The position numbers and the translations under genes are program-made. This document shows positions 45,625 through 55,367 of a stretch of 64,000 nucleotides of DNA, piece after piece. The DNA is from a virus. The stretch spans positions 115-64,114 of IMG/VR virus record IMGVR_UViG_3300021247_000536, one strand, 5' to 3'. Numbering within the stretch: the stretch's first letter is position 1; the number at the start of each line of letters is the position of its first letter. The notes beneath the pieces are model-generated. The model was not told the DNA's origin. It saw nothing but the letters and a program-made list of their open reading frames with translations, and did no database searches.

Positions 45625-45797
45625 GATACATAAAACTATACATCTTGATATCAGTAATGACCTATGTCATAGGCATGCTGACAATGATGAAGATGCCGTT
45701 CGAAGAGACGGTGCACAATCAGGTGGCATTTGCTGCCATACTTATCAACACATTCGTGGCAGTGGTGCTGGCGATAATCAAATGGAGGAAGCTATAA
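45621..45797 (+). CDS. Small 2-TM membrane protein
   Basis: MRYIKLYILISVMTYVIGML...AVVLAIIKWRKL read by hand; coupled to both neighbours. Confidence 0.6.
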   Translation: MRYIKLYILISVMTYVIGMLTMMKMPFEETVHNQVAFAAILINTFVAVVLAIIKWRKL

Positions 45798-47497
45798 TGT
45801 ACGACATCGATATCATCGGAGACAAGTTGATAATGAAGAAGGGGATATGGGATGAGCAGGAGCTTTTCCTAGCATCATGTCTGTGGTGGGATTACAATCC
45901 ATCGTCTGGACTTATCACTGCCGACTTGAGCTCTACACTTAAGAAGAGCGTCAAAGAGTTTCTTGGCGTAGCCTTCCCTACTTTCATGAACAACATAGCC
46001 TATGAGAGTGAGCGCAAGGCTTTGTCAAAGGATCTCAAGACAGTATACTCTGGCATTGAAGCTAAGACAGCAGCTATCGCTAGGACAAAGGTACCGTACT
46101 GGGACAAGATGTACGCTCACCAACGAGAGGCAGCTATTGCCATGTACTCTAGGCGTGTCACCTTCCTTGCATTTCAGCAGCGCGTAGGTAAGTCACTGAC
46201 CATGATGTCTCATTCTTTGATGACAAGCCGCCAGCGTACAGTCATCGTATGCATGGATGTAGGTAAGTGGAACTACATGAAGGACATGACATCCAAGACA
46301 TGGAACCAACCTGTTGAAGCGTTCTCTCCGTATGACTTCACGATCCTAGACAGTCAGAAGCGTAAGTGTGTACAGGCATTCCATGAGAAGTATGTTATCA
46401 TCAACTACGAGGCTATGCCAAAGTATTTCGACTACATTGTCGACGGCTCTGGCACGCTTACAGATCACATCGTATTCGATGAATGTCAGGCCATCAAGAA
46501 CACCACATCAGCCAGACACAGACTTGCCGACAAGTTAATTGACGCATGTCCAGACGCTAGGATAACACTCATGAGTGGAACTCCGGTGATGAACAGGCTA
46601 GATGACATGTTCGCCTACTTCAAGCTATCGAGACATCCTCTCGGAGCTAACAGAAAGAAGTTCGATGACATGTTCATTCGTCGATCATCAGGAAGGTACA
46701 GCAAGGTTGTTGGATCTAAGGACAGTGCCAAGCTATACTCTATGTCCTCCAACTTTATGATTCGCAAGAGACTAGATGAATGCTCTGACATCCCTGCCAA
46801 GTCACACGTCAAGATGTACTATCCTATCGGAGATTGGAAGGAGCAGTACATGACAGCGGTTCGAGAGGCTATCATGAATAAGGGTTCGAAGGTTAGAGAG
46901 TCGTCGATACATTCGATCAATAACATCATGGCTCAAGCCAAGATCCCCGGTACGTTTGACTTCATCAAGCAGCTTGTTGATCAGGATGAGAAGGTTGTTG
47001 TCTTCACCTCATACAGCGAGCCGCTGAATAAGATGGAGCAGCTACTCAAGGACAACAAAATACGCTACGTCCGTATCGATGGAAGCATAGACGGCAAGGA
47101 GAAGGTGGACCGAGCCTTTGCCTTCAATGAAAATCCTGAGATCATGGTGGCGATATGCAACATGAAGGCAGCGGGGCACTCTATCAACCTGTCAGCAGCT
47201 TCGTACATCAACGTCATCAACTACCCTCTATCTCCTATGGAGCTTGATCAAGCCATCTTCCGTACCGATACGGTGGACAAGAAGAACAAGACCACGGTGT
47301 ACTACTCGACATGTGTTGGTGACGATGGAGAGAACACGGTAGACATGAGACTTGCCGACCTCAACGAAAGCAAGGTCCATGATATCAACAACTTCGTAGA
47401 CAAGGGCAAGGATGTGGACGACATCCTCAACGCTACAGACGCAATCTATTCAGAAATCTTAAAGCAATACGGCAATGATAACAGTAAACAGGAATGA
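45797..47497 (+). CDS. SNF2-like helicase (divergent motifs)
   Basis: MYAHQRE Q-motif, QQRVGKS, VFDECQ, MSGTPVMN, KVVVFT, GHSINLSAA; start moved to ATG 45797. Confidence 0.85.
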   Translation: MYDIDIIGDKLIMKKGIWDEQELFLASCLWWDYNPSSGLITADLSSTLKKSVKEFLGVAFPTFMNNIAYESERKALSKDLKTVYSGIEAKTAAIARTKVPYWDKMYAHQREAAIAMYSRRVTFLAFQQRVGKSLTMMSHSLMTSRQRTVIVCMDVGKWNYMKDMTSKTWNQPVEAFSPYDFTILDSQKRKCVQAFHEKYVIINYEAMPKYFDYIVDGSGTLTDHIVFDECQAIKNTTSARHRLADKLIDACPDARITLMSGTPVMNRLDDMFAYFKLSRHPLGANRKKFDDMFIRRSSGRYSKVVGSKDSAKLYSMSSNFMIRKRLDECSDIPAKSHVKMYYPIGDWKEQYMTAVREAIMNKGSKVRESSIHSINNIMAQAKIPGTFDFIKQLVDQDEKVVVFTSYSEPLNKMEQLLKDNKIRYVRIDGSIDGKEKVDRAFAFNENPEIMVAICNMKAAGHSINLSAASYINVINYPLSPMELDQAIFRTDTVDKKNKTTVYYSTCVGDDGENTVDMRLADLNESKVHDINNFVDKGKDVDDILNATDAIYSEILKQYGNDNSKQE

Positions 47498-48635
47498 CCT
47501 TGTAAAGGTTAGTAACAGATGTGTGATGTTTGTAGACAAGAAGCCTGTGCTTCCAGCTCTCGGATCATTCAAGGTACAGGTTAGTGGTGACAAGATGCAG
47601 ATTACCGGTTCCGATCAGCGATCATGGATCACCTCCTCATGTGGAGTAGTAAGCGATAAGGACTACTCGTTCTGTATCCCCGCCATACGATTCAATGCCA
47701 TCTTGAATGTGATGAGTCAGACATACACAGAGAATGAGAACATAACCATTGACGTCAAGAAGACAAAGGTGGTCATCAAGTCAGGGGATAGCAAGCACGA
47801 CCTGCCGCTGTTCGATGCCAACGAATATCCTGTGACAAAACCGGTAGAGTCTGACTCTGTATTTACTGACAAGGGAAAGGTTGTCAATAGCATCTTCCGC
47901 AACATGACCAAGCTTGTTGGCGATGACAACGACAGCAAGACACAGCTCGAGGGCATCTACATACAGTACGATGCCGAACGTCAGCTCGTCAAGATGTCTG
48001 GTGGTAATGGCACACGCTTCTGCCTATGTTCTGTGTATTGCCCTGTGCCAATAGATCAAGGGTTCGAGCCAGCGCTAGTGCACCACGCGGCAGTGAGACA
48101 TATGGAAAAGATCTTTGAACCACACTCAGAGATATCCATAAGATCCAATGGACGTAACGTATCCATCAGCGACCACTCTACATCCATCATCTCAAGGACT
48201 ATCGATGAGAAGTTTCCTGACATGTGGAGGCTGTTCAACCTTTCTCCTAAGCAGGCAAACATCAAGATGAGTACAGTGAATCTCATGCAATGCATCAACG
48301 AGGCTAGGATACATAAGTCTGATCTGAACATGATAGCGTCCATGATAATCAACGATGACAATGTAAAGCTTGAGATGGTTAATAACGAAGAAGGATCATA
48401 CTCAGAGAGTTACATAAAGAATGTTTCTGGAACATTTATTCCTGCTAAATTAGGCCTCCATATCGATGCGCTCAAGGAAGCTATCGAAGCCACCAACTCT
48501 ATAGCTGTAGAGCTGGTGTATGGCTCAAACAATGGGAAGACTTCTGGAATAATATTCAATGCCGTGGAAAGCAATGACCATGGATTTGATACGACAGTAA
48601 TGTTAGCAGTATATAAACCATCAACAACAGTGTAA
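47475..48635 (+). CDS. dnaN: DNA polymerase III beta sliding clamp-like protein
   Basis: 386 aa; KPVLPAL, MQITGSD, FDANEYP, SRTIDEKFPD match DnaN landmarks. Confidence 0.8.
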   Translation: MITVNRNDLVKVSNRCVMFVDKKPVLPALGSFKVQVSGDKMQITGSDQRSWITSSCGVVSDKDYSFCIPAIRFNAILNVMSQTYTENENITIDVKKTKVVIKSGDSKHDLPLFDANEYPVTKPVESDSVFTDKGKVVNSIFRNMTKLVGDDNDSKTQLEGIYIQYDAERQLVKMSGGNGTRFCLCSVYCPVPIDQGFEPALVHHAAVRHMEKIFEPHSEISIRSNGRNVSISDHSTSIISRTIDEKFPDMWRLFNLSPKQANIKMSTVNLMQCINEARIHKSDLNMIASMIINDDNVKLEMVNNEEGSYSESYIKNVSGTFIPAKLGLHIDALKEAIEATNSIAVELVYGSNNGKTSGIIFNAVESNDHGFDTTVMLAVYKPSTTV

Positions 48636-50416
48636 TGAAGGTATCGATCTATAAGAATGCGAAGGACAACAAAGGGGCTATCAGAGATGTGTCCCTTGTG
48701 TTGTCGGCTATAAAGAGTGGCAAGTATAGAGAGCATGTGCGTGCTCTTCGTGACATGAGTAAGGAGGAGTATGATGACAAGAAGAAGGAGATGCTTCCTG
48801 CTGTCACATTCTCTGGGACGTTTTCTCCTGTGAGATCGATCAACAACTGCGTAACATACAACAGCATTGTCACAATAGACATTGATAACTTGGATGACGA
48901 GAAGATCATGGACATACAGGACAGAGTTAAGTCAGATCCCTATGTTATGTGCATGTTTGTATCCCCATCTGGAGAAGGGCTCAAGATGTTGGTTCCGGTA
49001 TCCTCTGGCAAGGATAACCACTACGATGCATTCAAATGTCTGGAGCTTTACTTTAAGACGAACTACGATATCACTATCGATCCGTCAGGTAAAGATCCTT
49101 GCAGGCTTTGCTTTGTATCTTTTGATCCTGAGCTTTACTACAATGGCTCAGCTCAACGGTTTCCTGTTGAGATATCAGAAGAGTCTCGCAACAGAGTGTA
49201 TTCAGATAGAGAGGTTGCCTACAAAGGGTTTACCATTACTGCCGATGACGAGAAGAAGTTTGCGGTATGTAAGGAGTGGGCCAACTTCTATAAGCCATAC
49301 CAAGAAGGGAACAGAAACAACCACGTCCATAAGTTATCGTGCGACATGAACAGATGTGGTATTCCACAGGACAATGCCGTATTGATGATCGCCAGAACTT
49401 ACACCGACTTTCCGGTGGCTGAGATCAAGGACTGCGTGCGTAATGCCTACAACAACAAAGATCAGCACAACACCATCAGCGTCTTCGACTTCGAATCTGA
49501 ACAAGATGGGATGCGTGGCATGATGGAGTTCCATACAGCATCATCTCTCATCGACAAGATCATGTCCAATCCAGTAGGCGATCTTATCCCTACAGGGTTC
49601 TCAAAGAGAGACGCTGTACTTGGAGGAGGTCTTGCAAGAGGATCGCTGTATGCATACGTAGGTAGAGAGAAGACGTTCAAGTCTGTCGATGCTATGTGCA
49701 CAGCTCTTTATCTAGCCAAGCAGGGCAGGTCTGTGCTGTATCTAAACGGCGAGATGAGTGACAGACAGTTCCTTATGATCGTAGCTCAGCAAGAGATGGG
49801 CATCAAGCGCATGGACTTCGACAAGCACCTTCCTGAGATTGCCAAGTACATGAAGGAACATCTATCATCATTGTGTGTGGTGTCTGGCTCGGACTTTACT
49901 CAGGACAACATCATCAAGACATGTGATTCTATCAATCATTCGTTGAAGAAAGAGGTTGATCTAGTTATCCTAGATGGTCTCACTCACATGAAGTGGCCAG
50001 ACAAGGATGAGATCAGGTCAGCCATTAACAACTCAGTGATCTGTAAGGAGATTGTCAAGAAGGCCAATGCCGGAAAGGGTGTAGCTATGATCGTTCTCAT
50101 CCACACCAACTCACAGTCTCAGATGTGGAACCGAGGTCCTCAGCAGTTTGTTCGAGGAGGCATGAAGGTTATGGCCAACATGGACGGCAGTGTAGGTTTC
50201 AGCAAGTTCATCGAGCCATCATCATTGTCAGATGAGTCATCACCAGAGTTTAGGAATGACATATATCACGTGAGAGTTATTGACTACCGTATGACCGGAG
50301 ACTCAGTCAACACTGTCATGGACATAGATCACCAGCGAGTGAGACCATCTGAGTCGGACACTGAACCATTCATGTATGAAATAAAACAAGAAGAAGAAAA
50401 CAAATATAAGAGATAA
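48635..50416 (+). CDS. Primase-helicase (BT4734/VirE_N-like primase + PriCT + RecA/DnaB-like helicase)
   Basis: LPAVTFSGTF, TIDIDNL, FVSPSGEGLK, DPSGKDPCRLCFVSFD; GNRNNH PriCT; IPTGFSKRDAVLGGG, GREKTFKS, YLNGEM, ILDGL. Confidence 0.88.
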   Translation: MKVSIYKNAKDNKGAIRDVSLVLSAIKSGKYREHVRALRDMSKEEYDDKKKEMLPAVTFSGTFSPVRSINNCVTYNSIVTIDIDNLDDEKIMDIQDRVKSDPYVMCMFVSPSGEGLKMLVPVSSGKDNHYDAFKCLELYFKTNYDITIDPSGKDPCRLCFVSFDPELYYNGSAQRFPVEISEESRNRVYSDREVAYKGFTITADDEKKFAVCKEWANFYKPYQEGNRNNHVHKLSCDMNRCGIPQDNAVLMIARTYTDFPVAEIKDCVRNAYNNKDQHNTISVFDFESEQDGMRGMMEFHTASSLIDKIMSNPVGDLIPTGFSKRDAVLGGGLARGSLYAYVGREKTFKSVDAMCTALYLAKQGRSVLYLNGEMSDRQFLMIVAQQEMGIKRMDFDKHLPEIAKYMKEHLSSLCVVSGSDFTQDNIIKTCDSINHSLKKEVDLVILDGLTHMKWPDKDEIRSAINNSVICKEIVKKANAGKGVAMIVLIHTNSQSQMWNRGPQQFVRGGMKVMANMDGSVGFSKFIEPSSLSDESSPEFRNDIYHVRVIDYRMTGDSVNTVMDIDHQRVRPSESDTEPFMYEIKQEEENKYKR

Positions 50417-50575
50417 CCTATGAACATATTGCTAGTATTCAAGGACTTCATAAAGTCCTTCAGTAAGAAGAAGGAAGTGTACAAGCCAGAGATTAAACTC
50501 AAGAGCACGTACACTCCAAAGAATGGGTTCAAGTTCGCAAAGGACTTCCCTGTAAACTCAGCTCAACTATAAGCT

Positions 50576-51019
50576 ATGGCAAAGAACAAGAAGTCAGAAC
50601 AGAAGCTACAGACCAGGATCTCGGATTACATCAACAAGAAGTACCCGGGGACTATGTTCAAGTGTGACGTAGCTGCAGGCATGAAGATGTCAATAGGTAT
50701 GGCTGTGCTTGTCAAGAGGTGGAGATCATCCACTGGATTCCCTGACGTAGATATCTATGAACCCAAAGGACAGTGGAGCATGCTATGCCTAGAGCTTAAG
50801 ACAGAGGCCGGCAACCCATTCAAGGTTGATGGCACACTACGCAAGGATAGTCACCTAGAAGATCAGGCACAGACACACGAAGCTCTTAAGAGAAGGGGCT
50901 GCATGGCACTGTTCACTATAGGGTTCGAGCACACCGCCGCTGTGGTGGACTGGTACATGTCAGGATGCGATGGCAACCACCCTGTATATGTTAAGAAAAA
51001 AGATAGTAAATTATTTTGA
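50576..51019 (+). CDS. VRR-NUC/Holliday-junction resolvase-like nuclease
   Basis: SEQKLQ...GFPDVDIYEP...LCLELKTE. Confidence 0.8.
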   Translation: MAKNKKSEQKLQTRISDYINKKYPGTMFKCDVAAGMKMSIGMAVLVKRWRSSTGFPDVDIYEPKGQWSMLCLELKTEAGNPFKVDGTLRKDSHLEDQAQTHEALKRRGCMALFTIGFEHTAAVVDWYMSGCDGNHPVYVKKKDSKLF

Positions 51020-51044
51020 TATCAAAATCTAATTACTATTTTTG
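51014..51044 (+). promoter_or_regulatory. Bacteroidota-type promoter overlapped by a 14-bp palindrome
   Basis: TTTG-N18-TATTTTTG; TTTTGATATCAAAA at 51014-51027. Confidence 0.6.
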
Positions 51045-51058
51045 CCAAAATAACAATT

Positions 51059-51358
51059 ATGTTTCTGCTGGTAAAGCTCGTTATAAAGGATAAGAAATCT
51101 CCGGTACCTATGTTTGGCATAGTAGAGAAGTCTATCGAAGTCTCTAAGATCCACAACTTTAGACCTTGGCATAGAACACCTAGCCATCAAGGCATCGAGG
51201 GTGAGATGATCAAGGTGAATATGGTGGAGTGTAATCCTGACGGCACAGAGAAGAAACGTTATTTCGAAATAGTGAATGAGTCACTTGAGTCGTTCACTGA
51301 AAGGGTAAACATGTTAAAGAATGGTCAATGGAACAATTCCCAAAAGACATCATTGTAG
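51059..51358 (+). CDS. Hypothetical protein
   Basis: 99 aa after the promoter. Confidence 0.65.
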   Translation: MFLLVKLVIKDKKSPVPMFGIVEKSIEVSKIHNFRPWHRTPSHQGIEGEMIKVNMVECNPDGTEKKRYFEIVNESLESFTERVNMLKNGQWNNSQKTSL

Positions 51359-51618
51359 CAAGCAAGAAGCTGCAGCAGTTCTTCAAGCAGAGATGCGTAG
51401 AGCTAGATGTTACTCCAGAGCACGTATGCCACAAGGCTAACGTAGATTTTAAGAAAGTAACTAACTGGATTCAGTCTATTGATCCGGACACATGTTCTAT
51501 ATCTCAGAGTGAGATCGTGAAGATATTTGATATCATGCATGTGAACATAAGCCTAACGGTGGGTGTGCTTCCGGTTAATAACATAACAGAAGATCAGTTG
51601 AATGAACTTAGGAGCTAG
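51328..51618 (+). CDS. XRE-like HTH protein
   Basis: LDVTPEHVCHKANVDFKKVTNWIQS helix-turn-helix pattern. Confidence 0.5.
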   Translation: MEQFPKDIIVASKKLQQFFKQRCVELDVTPEHVCHKANVDFKKVTNWIQSIDPDTCSISQSEIVKIFDIMHVNISLTVGVLPVNNITEDQLNELRS

Positions 51619-51883
51619 GCCATCTGAGCACCACATCGTACTTCATGTAGAGAAGATCGTGTCTATGATGCAGCAGGCGTATGCTGACGCTGCCATGATA
51701 GATCACAGTGGAAAGTTTTCCTCTGTCAACTCAGTCAAGAAGTCGATATCGGATGTAAGGTCAGCGCTCAAAGATATGGAGCGAGACTTAAAGCTTAGGG
51801 CTCTGGCTATACGTAAGTTAAAACAAGGCATGGGTCAGGTCGATGAGTTCGACGAGCCTATAGACGACCCAATGGAATCGTAA
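51602..51883 (+). CDS. Hypothetical helical protein
   Basis: 93-aa coiled-coil ORF. Confidence 0.55.
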   Translation: MNLGARPSEHHIVLHVEKIVSMMQQAYADAAMIDHSGKFSSVNSVKKSISDVRSALKDMERDLKLRALAIRKLKQGMGQVDEFDEPIDDPMES

Positions 51884-51917
51884 TCACTAATCAATTCACA
51901 ATAAAAACAAAACAACT

Positions 51918-52451
51918 ATGGCACGTACAAGCCTCAATGACGCCAAGAATGGCACAGACTGGAAACCGGAAGTAGCTGCAGACGGAGCTCCAAAGATGAC
52001 AGCTAACGCTAACGACTACATCGAGGGATACCTCATGAAGAAGAAGGACAACATCGGAATGCACGGCAGCACAGTGTATGAGATTCAGATCGCAGAGACG
52101 GGAGAATACAATGGCTTTGGATCTGAAGGTAACATGATTAACGTGTGGGGATCTGCTGTTATCAATGAGCTTATGTCTCAGGTTCGCGTAGGTCAGTGGG
52201 TTCGTATTGAGTACAAGGGCAAGAAGCTCAAGAAAGCATCCGAGAAGAAGCACCCTCAGACTCTTGGCATGAATGACTACATCAAGATGTTTGATGTTAT
52301 TGTAGATGACGAGATCGCTGACATTGCCGTGAGTGGTGCTCCTGCCTACAAGCCAGCATCTGTGTCAGCTCCTCAGCCTTCAATGAATCATCAGTCTATC
52401 CCTGTTGATCTTGGAGTGCCTGAGCCCACCAATGATGATCTCGACTTCTAA
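51918..52451 (+). CDS. Putative single-stranded DNA-binding protein (OB fold)
   Basis: IEGYL...VWGSAVINELMSQVRVGQWVRIEYKG; acidic tail ending NDDLDF. Confidence 0.75.
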   Translation: MARTSLNDAKNGTDWKPEVAADGAPKMTANANDYIEGYLMKKKDNIGMHGSTVYEIQIAETGEYNGFGSEGNMINVWGSAVINELMSQVRVGQWVRIEYKGKKLKKASEKKHPQTLGMNDYIKMFDVIVDDEIADIAVSGAPAYKPASVSAPQPSMNHQSIPVDLGVPEPTNDDLDF

Positions 52452-52789
52452 TGAGTAAGAACAAAGAGTTCAAGACTGTAACCCTGGACATGAGCAATCC
52501 GCGTCATGCCAGGGTTGCTTTTAAGTATTTGTGTGAAGAGGTCCTTGGTGTCTCGACAATAAAAGTTCCGCGCAGCATTGTCAAAACCAAGGGTAAGTAT
52601 GACGCAGAAGATCTTGTAAGGTTAATTGATCACCTAGGAATATACGCTCAGCTTACCATAACATTCAACCCTAAAGACCTGAGAGATCATGTCAAGAACT
52701 CGGGCTTTGGTAAAAAGAAAAGGGACCAACTTCCGCCGATCCCTTTAATCACTGTCGAAGATGTCGACACATTCACAATAAAAGACTAA
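52451..52789 (+). CDS. Hypothetical protein
   Basis: 112 aa, last gene of the replication operon. Confidence 0.6.
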   Translation: MSKNKEFKTVTLDMSNPRHARVAFKYLCEEVLGVSTIKVPRSIVKTKGKYDAEDLVRLIDHLGIYAQLTITFNPKDLRDHVKNSGFGKKKRDQLPPIPLITVEDVDTFTIKD

Positions 52790-53016
52790 TCATCTTCCTC
52801 TTCTTCCATCTCCATCTCTCCGCCTGCTGTCTTGTAAAGTTCAGCAACACGAGCGATAGCCTTGTTGGCTTCCTTTGATGTGAAGACTTCCTTTACTTCT
52901 TTGTACTGCATTTGATCATATGGTCCAGATCCTGGAGCCTTATACTTCTCGCAGTAGCATACGATGAACCCATTCTTTGCGGGCTTCAACATTACTGATT
53001 CGCAATCCATTGACAT
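52786..53016 (-). CDS. Small acidic-tailed protein
   Basis: PAKNGFIVCY...EEEEDD. Confidence 0.6.
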   Translation of the reverse strand: MSMDCESVMLKPAKNGFIVCYCEKYKAPGSGPYDQMQYKEVKEVFTSKEANKAIARVAELYKTAGGEMEMEEEEDD

Positions 53017-53028
53017 ATCCTAATTGGT

Positions 53029-53346
53029 TTAGAGTGAAGCCGCAATGTCGGCCATGAATGTATTGCAAGCAGCCTGATCTCCAGCTGTCCACGCTAAGTG
53101 CGCTGCGTCACCTACGTCCTGCAGTTCAAAGGCGATCTCTCCTGCATCATGCAGAACAATACGAGCCCATGTCTTTGTAGGGTAAGGGTATGAAGATCCT
53201 GGATTTGCAATGTACACAGCCGTGAAGTCTCGGATCTGTGACTTCACAATGTTGTGAAGCATTATTGTATACCCAGCATCGGCAGCAACCTTCATTACAA
53301 GGTCAGCCGGTACTCCTTCATCGATATAGATCTTTGTTCCTGGCAT
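53029..53346 (-). CDS. Putative virion protein
   Basis: 105 aa in the late minus-strand operon. Confidence 0.6.
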   Translation of the reverse strand: MPGTKIYIDEGVPADLVMKVAADAGYTIMLHNIVKSQIRDFTAVYIANPGSSYPYPTKTWARIVLHDAGEIAFELQDVGDAAHLAWTAGDQAACNTFMADIAASL

Positions 53347-53350
53347 GGTG

Positions 53351-53686
53351 TTATGGTGTTACTGATTGAATCTGAAATGTTCCTGTAGGAGTAGTAACCT
53401 GAAGCCCTGCAGCAAGGATTGTTCCGTACTCTGTAGCGGTAACAACACCTGTAAGCAACGCCTTGTTCCATGCGCATGCTGTTTCCTGAAGGATGTTGAG
53501 AGCTTCGTTAGAAGTTCCTGACACTCCATTGTCTGACAAATAAACATTGCCAGCGTCGTCCTTGTATGACAACAGGTTCCCGTTTGTTGTGTCGAAGAAA
53601 TATGTCACGTATCCTGCAGCCGGAGTAGCGATACTAGCTGGAGCAGATACTGTGATAGTGTTTGTGTTTAAGATAGGAGTTGCCAT
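53351..53686 (-). CDS. Putative virion/tail protein
   Basis: IATPAAGYVTYFFDTTNGNLLSYKDDAG resembles fibre-head motifs. Confidence 0.6.
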   Translation of the reverse strand: MATPILNTNTITVSAPASIATPAAGYVTYFFDTTNGNLLSYKDDAGNVYLSDNGVSGTSNEALNILQETACAWNKALLTGVVTATEYGTILAAGLQVTTPTGTFQIQSVTP

Positions 53687-53692
53687 GTCTTA

Positions 53693-53998
53693 TTATGCAG
53701 TTAAGAGTAAGTAATCGGAAGGAGTTACGAAGCCCATGAAGACGCCGGCATTGACCCAACGAACATATCCAGCAGGAGGAGGACATACGTTAAGCATATA
53801 TCCTTCTGCATCGTTAGGAGTAAGGCACCCTACAATTTTGTTTGTTGATGGATCTCGAACTTCTACAAGTCCAGGAGCGCAACATCCACATTTATTTTCC
53901 TCGCACCCACATCCATTGTCATGAGAATGAGTCTCTGTTGTATTGCACCCACAGTCTGAGCTGTATAGGTTTTGGTTTGACCAAGCAGTGAAAGCCAT
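53693..53998 (-). CDS. Cys-rich putative virion protein
   Basis: DCGC...GCGC...KCGCCAPG. Confidence 0.6.
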   Translation of the reverse strand: MAFTAWSNQNLYSSDCGCNTTETHSHDNGCGCEENKCGCCAPGLVEVRDPSTNKIVGCLTPNDAEGYMLNVCPPPAGYVRWVNAGVFMGFVTPSDYLLLTA

Positions 53999-54183
53999 TA
54001 TAATTGCTTTTTAAGATTTGAAACAAGGATCTTTACCAATTCACCATCCTGAATAGCAAACATGTACGCACTCTCGCTAAGAGATGTAAGTGTACGAACA
54101 CTTGCGATATCAGTCATCATTGGAGGTACGCAATTATTATTGGTACACTCATTGCATTTTCCGTTACATTTTCCGTTACACAT
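53998..54183 (-). CDS. Small Cys-rich protein
   Basis: MCNGKCNGKCNECTNNNC. Confidence 0.55.
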   Translation of the reverse strand: MCNGKCNGKCNECTNNNCVPPMMTDIASVRTLTSLSESAYMFAIQDGELVKILVSNLKKQL

Positions 54184-54186
54184 ATC

Positions 54187-54561
54187 TTAAGCGCAGTTAC
54201 ATGAACACCCTCCGCAAATTACGGATATCTGTTCAAAGATTTTATTTACTTCTTCCTCTGTTACGCAGTTAATGCAATCAGGCTCAACAAATATGGACCT
54301 GTTTGCACCAGACAAATATAACGCTTTTCCGTTTAATGAAAGGAATGATCCTGAATATTTAATATACCCAGTGTGATCTACGCATACCCACGGCTCGGCA
54401 TTGTAACGCTCCAAGGTGTTTAGGTAAGCGTCCAGTAACATTAGAGTGTTAAACATTTGATCAGTAGCTTCTCCGTGCGACATTGCCACGACGTACTTGT
54501 TAGAGTATGCGAGGGCGCAGCACTGAGCCTTACTAAGTCTTTCTTTGAAACACTCTACCAT
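54187..54561 (-). CDS. Cys-rich putative virion protein
   Basis: Ends CGGCSCNCA. Confidence 0.6.
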   Translation of the reverse strand: MVECFKERLSKAQCCALAYSNKYVVAMSHGEATDQMFNTLMLLDAYLNTLERYNAEPWVCVDHTGYIKYSGSFLSLNGKALYLSGANRSIFVEPDCINCVTEEEVNKIFEQISVICGGCSCNCA

Positions 54562-54562
54562 G

Positions 54563-55366
54563 TTATGCTACTTTCATTATGTACATCAAGCTGTAATAAG
54601 GAGGACGATTCTCGTGAGCTCCACCTAAACCTGCGTCACCTAGAGTTATTCCTGTAGTAGCAGAAGATGCAGATGTGATGCCAGTAGTATTTGTCTGAGC
54701 AGACACTCCTGTATATGCTGGATCTACTGACACTGCCGGTGTTGCTGAGTCTGTAGTTAACTCGTGAGAGTGATCTCCAGCGTCAGCCATTCCGTCTGAG
54801 TCATTAACCTGAATGCCTGTTGCAGCATCAAGGAATGTTCCGTTGTTATCTGATGTCACCCATGAGTTACCAGCTCCACTCAATGGAACGTGGTGGTGAT
54901 CACCTGTTGTATTTGTAGTTCCAGTATGACTGTGAGCTACCTGTGAAGCAGCATGTGTATGACCCGAGTCAGTAACAGGGTGCGTATGTCCAGGATCTGT
55001 AATAGGGTGAATGTGTCCAGGATCTGTAACCGTGTGCGTGTGCACAGGGATCTCAGATGCAATCAGGGTATGAGTATTCTCTCCCCCTATGTCATTGACG
55101 TTGTAAGACAATCCTGATCCAACGACAAACTTATCACGGAGGTCAGGTGTTGTTATTCCGCTATGGACGTTACCGTCACATGCAGCCCACTTAACCCATA
55201 CGCCAGTACCATTACCGTTAGAGTCAAAAGCATTTAGGTCGTCAGGATTTTGGATCATGACAATAGGATGCCCATCGATAATAGGAGCGAGGTCAAGCAT
55301 AACCTGATTCAAGGTATCCTGAATCTGAGCTATCTGTGTAGTGCAATTGCAGCAGTTTCCACTCAT
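54563..55366 (-). CDS. Tail collar/short tail fibre (T4 gp12-like tip with HxH repeats)
   Basis: TPDLRDKFVVGSG, GGENTHTLIASEIPVHTH, DPGH-x-H repeats, HENRPPYYSLMYIMKV. Confidence 0.85.
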   Translation of the reverse strand: MSGNCCNCTTQIAQIQDTLNQVMLDLAPIIDGHPIVMIQNPDDLNAFDSNGNGTGVWVKWAACDGNVHSGITTPDLRDKFVVGSGLSYNVNDIGGENTHTLIASEIPVHTHTVTDPGHIHPITDPGHTHPVTDSGHTHAASQVAHSHTGTTNTTGDHHHVPLSGAGNSWVTSDNNGTFLDAATGIQVNDSDGMADAGDHSHELTTDSATPAVSVDPAYTGVSAQTNTTGITSASSATTGITLGDAGLGGAHENRPPYYSLMYIMKVA

Positions 55367-55367
55367 G

